From a virus, in IMG/VR virus record IMGVR_UViG_3300045996_002710, positions 1 to 52,185 of that record: a DNA stretch of 52,185 bases; one strand, given 5' to 3'. The position numbers were made by a program, and so were the translations under genes. Under the pieces are notes generated by a model. That model saw nothing but the letters and a program-made list of their open reading frames with translations, made no database searches and was not told where the DNA came from. This document shows positions 50,266 to 52,185 of the stretch, in pieces. Each line of letters starts with the position of its first letter. Positions within the stretch are counted from its first letter, which is position 1.

Positions 50266-50562
50266 TCAGTGCTCGGCGTCGTCCTCGGCCGCGAGCGCGT
50301 CGCTGGCCTCGATCTCGGTGGTGAGCCGGTCGATCTGCTGCGTGAACCAGTCGGCGTAGTTGCTGCCTTCGGCCTGGTCGACGAGCAGGTCCAGCAGGGC
50401 GTCGCGGGACAGGTCGGTGAAGTGCTGGTGGTGGAGCATCGCGTTCGCGACGGTGCCGACGAGGTTGAACCGCTTCGTGCGGTTGACCACCAGCATCATG
50501 TAGAGCAGGCGGCGGGTCTCGTCGAGGTCGGTGCGGGCGCTGTCGGTGAGCTTCTTAGCCAT
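50266..50562 (-). CDS. Hypothetical protein (98 aa)
   Basis: ATG preceded by AAGGGA. Confidence 0.6.
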   Translation of the reverse strand: MAKKLTDSARTDLDETRRLLYMMLVVNRTKRFNLVGTVANAMLHHQHFTDLSRDALLDLLVDQAEGSNYADWFTQQIDRLTTEIEASDALAAEDDAEH

Positions 50563-50801
50563 GTTGATCGTCCCTTGTCAGATCTCGATGGGTGGATGGG
50601 TCTACTTGCCGGGATCGCCCGGCTTGGACGGGCTTGTACCAGCACCACCGCCGGGCCGCGTACTCGAACCACCGGACGGGCGGTCACCGGTAGGGCTGCC
50701 AGAGCCGGGCCTTGACGTGTTCGACACGGTGTCGTCCTCCACGGGGGCGATGAAGAGCAGCAGCAAAGAGCCGCAGCGCGGGACCGGGAGGTCTACGAGC
50801 G

Positions 50802-50969
50802 CTACGGCATCGGAGAAGGGGCTGTAGCGGCCGGGTTGGGGTTCACCGGCTTGTGGACGACCCGCCATCGGCCGGCGCTCCTGACCCAGTCGGCGTACGG
50901 CTCACACGAGCAGTCCGGGCGTCGGGTGTGGAGGTCGAGTTCGTCGGCGGGGAGAACGTGAGTGGCCAT
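50802..50969 (-). CDS. Small conserved-looking protein (55 aa; below the ORF-track cutoff)
   Basis: My own translation: MATHVLPADELDLHTRRPDCSCEPYADWVRSAGRWRVVHKPVNPNPAATAPSPMP. The ATG shares a base with the upstream stop. High GC3 in the first 45 codons. Confidence 0.5.
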   Translation of the reverse strand: MATHVLPADELDLHTRRPDCSCEPYADWVRSAGRWRVVHKPVNPNPAATAPSPMP

Positions 50970-51223
50970 CAGGCGGCGACAGAGAGCGACCGGTGGCAGT
51001 GCTCCGGCTTCGCCCGCGTGTCCCGCTCGGCCGCCACGACATCGCCGTAGCGGTACCGGCGGTCCTTCACCCGGACGTGTCGGCGGCGGCCCTGACCGTC
51101 GAGCCAGCCGCGGTAGCGCCAGTTCCGGATCGTGCCCGGGAGGACGCCGAGGTGGTCAGCGACGGCCTTCAACGACACGTAGGCGTCATGATTCACGGGC
51201 GCATCGACCTCCCGGAACGCCAA
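50969..51223 (-). CDS. MerR/excisionase-type HTH DNA-binding protein (84 aa from TTG; alternative GTG start at 51196)
   Basis: LKAVADHLGVLPGTIRNWRYRGWL helix-turn-helix segment. Confidence 0.65.
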   Translation of the reverse strand: MAFREVDAPVNHDAYVSLKAVADHLGVLPGTIRNWRYRGWLDGQGRRRHVRVKDRRYRYGDVVAAERDTRAKPEHCHRSLSVAA

Positions 51224-51225
51224 GA

Positions 51226-51251
51226 AGCGCCCGACCGGTGTGGTGGGCGCT
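51226..51251 (-). terminator. Hairpin after 51351..51833
   Basis: On the minus strand: AGCGCCC-12 nt-GGGCGCT followed by TCTTGG. Confidence 0.4.
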
Positions 51252-51350
51252 CCTGGACAGACTCGTCCTGTACGTGGAGTGTATCGCGGCCGATCATGCC
51301 GTCAAGCAGCGAACGGGTTTGACGCGGCATGGCGTGGGCAACAGGACAGG

Positions 51351-51833
51351 TTACGGCTCGGGGACGGCAGTTCTCGGCGCCTCAGCCACCGTCGCGGCCA
51401 CCACCTCGGGCGGGTAGCAGGTCACCAGCGGCTCCGGATCGTCCCGGAAGCCGTGGAACCGCAGCGACGTGTCCGAGATCCGCAGGTCCGGACCACGGGT
51501 GCACAGCAGCCGTGGCGTGACCCCGGTCAGCTTCGCCAGCAGCAGCACCTGCTCCCACGTCGGGTAGAGCTTGCCCGCCTCCCACAGGTCGACGTCCGGC
51601 TCGGCAGCTCCGCACGCCTCGTCGACCTCAGGGCCGTACAGCTTGGCGGCGTTGAGCGCGATCGTGATCCGGTCTGGGCGCAGCTCACCGGCGCGCCACA
51701 GCTTGTAGGCGACCGCGTCGTCAGCCTCGCGGGCGAGCCTCGCCTTGCCGCGGCGCTGGGCTGCCTCGCGCGTCCTAGCGGCGATCTCACGCTCGTCGAG
51801 CCGCTGGCCAGCCTTGCCCCACCGCCACGTCAT
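51351..51833 (-). CDS. HTH (XRE-like) DNA-binding protein (160 aa)
   Basis: VDLWEAGKLYPTWEQVLLLAKLTGVTPRLL segment. ATGA overlap upstream. Confidence 0.55.
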   Translation of the reverse strand: MTWRWGKAGQRLDEREIAARTREAAQRRGKARLAREADDAVAYKLWRAGELRPDRITIALNAAKLYGPEVDEACGAAEPDVDLWEAGKLYPTWEQVLLLAKLTGVTPRLLCTRGPDLRISDTSLRFHGFRDDPEPLVTCYPPEVVAATVAEAPRTAVPEP

Positions 51834-52185
51834 GGCGCCCAGCCCTCGCTGTAGTCGTCGTGGTCGGCCCAGGCGACAGCCACGGCACGAAGCATCGACT
51901 CGCCGAACCCCACGTAGTACGGGTTCGGGTAGGACGCCTCAAAGCGGAGCAGCGTCTCGGCCAGCCCGAGCAGGCAGCGCTTGCCCTCCACCTCGCGGAG
52001 CACGCGGGCAGGGTCGTGACGGGCGATGTGGGCGGCGTCCTCATGCGTCGGCCACAGTTCCAGCGCCGCCACCGAAGCAACGATGCGTCGAGGCGACTCG
52101 TTGGCGGTGACGACGGAGCGGTTCGGTGTCGTCTGCCACGGACCGGACGTAGCCGCCCGCGCTACCACCTCATCGGCAGCGAGGC
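51830..52185 (-). CDS. DUF6221-like protein, 5'-truncated by the window end (true GTG start corresponds to position 158)
   Basis: AAHIARHDPARVLREVEGKRCLL core. The reading frame is open to the window edge and continues in frame at 111-158. Confidence 0.75.
   Translation of the reverse strand, partial: LAADEVVARAATSGPWQTTPNRSVVTANESPRRIVASVAALELWPTHEDAAHIARHDPARVLREVEGKRCLLGLAETLLRFEASYPNPYYVGFGESMLRAVAVAWADHDDYSEGWAP
52059..52185. repeat. Terminal direct repeat, copy 2 (identical to 1-127)
   Basis: Same 127-nt string as the window start. Consistent with a circular-contig assembly overlap. Confidence 0.97.

Larger units (their letters stand above)
1..52185. mobile_element. Complete circularly closed genome of a temperate high-GC siphovirus-like actinobacteriophage (or excised prophage); unique length 52058 bp
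   Basis: Full packaging-head-neck-tail-lysis module, tyrosine integrase plus repressor, and an early/replication block. The window ends are identical over 127 bp. Confidence 0.9.

Noticed and set aside
50602-50868. 88-aa minus-strand ORF with a Gly/Ser/Pro-rich tail
   Set aside because: Its 5' third overlaps the better-supported 55-aa gene 50802..50969 and the rest is low-complexity. It could still encode a short product from the GTG at 50742, but support is weak.

Overview
The window is a complete, circularly closed genome (unique length 52,058 bp) of a temperate, high-GC, siphovirus-type actinobacteriophage or excised prophage. Bases 1-127 are identical to 52059-52185. Almost all genes are on the minus strand and are tightly translationally coupled through GTGA/ATGA start-stop overlaps. 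Transcription order runs as follows. A divergent immunity switch sits at about 19.15-19.28 kb. The early/replication block covers 19145 down to 151 and includes WhiB, a ParB-like protein, a LexA-like wHTH, a DnaQ-like exonuclease, HNH nucleases and many small unknowns. Transcription then wraps around to 52185. The packaging and late block covers 52168 down to 23000: HNH, candidate cos, TerS, TerL, portal, a protease fusion, an HK97-type capsid, a sugar-modification cassette, neck, tail tube, G/GT chaperones with a -1 frameshift, tape measure, tail tip and lysis genes. The plus-strand lysogeny module at 19276-22907 carries an XRE repressor, a tyrosine integrase, a mini-GntR regulator and four small uncharacterised plus-strand genes. 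I found no rRNA, tRNA or CRISPR. The items most worth follow-up are these. (1) A seven-gene glycosyltransferase/methyltransferase/epimerase cassette lies between the capsid and neck genes, with a fourth glycosyltransferase inside the neck module. (2) A LamG-like protein has a long Ala/Thr tandem-repeat tail. (3) An opposite-strand secreted/membrane-protein gene lies between the tape measure and the tail-tip gene, with a mirror-symmetric start region. (4) A DUF2829/Tad2-like (anti-Thoeris sponge family) gene sits in the lysis cassette behind a structured leader. (5) A 904-aa portal-adjacent fusion carries a PG_binding_1 domain upstream of an HK97-type prohead protease. (6) Five 11-bp helically phased GTGAC iterons lie inside an early gene and look like an origin. 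All functional calls rest on motifs read by eye. No database search was run.
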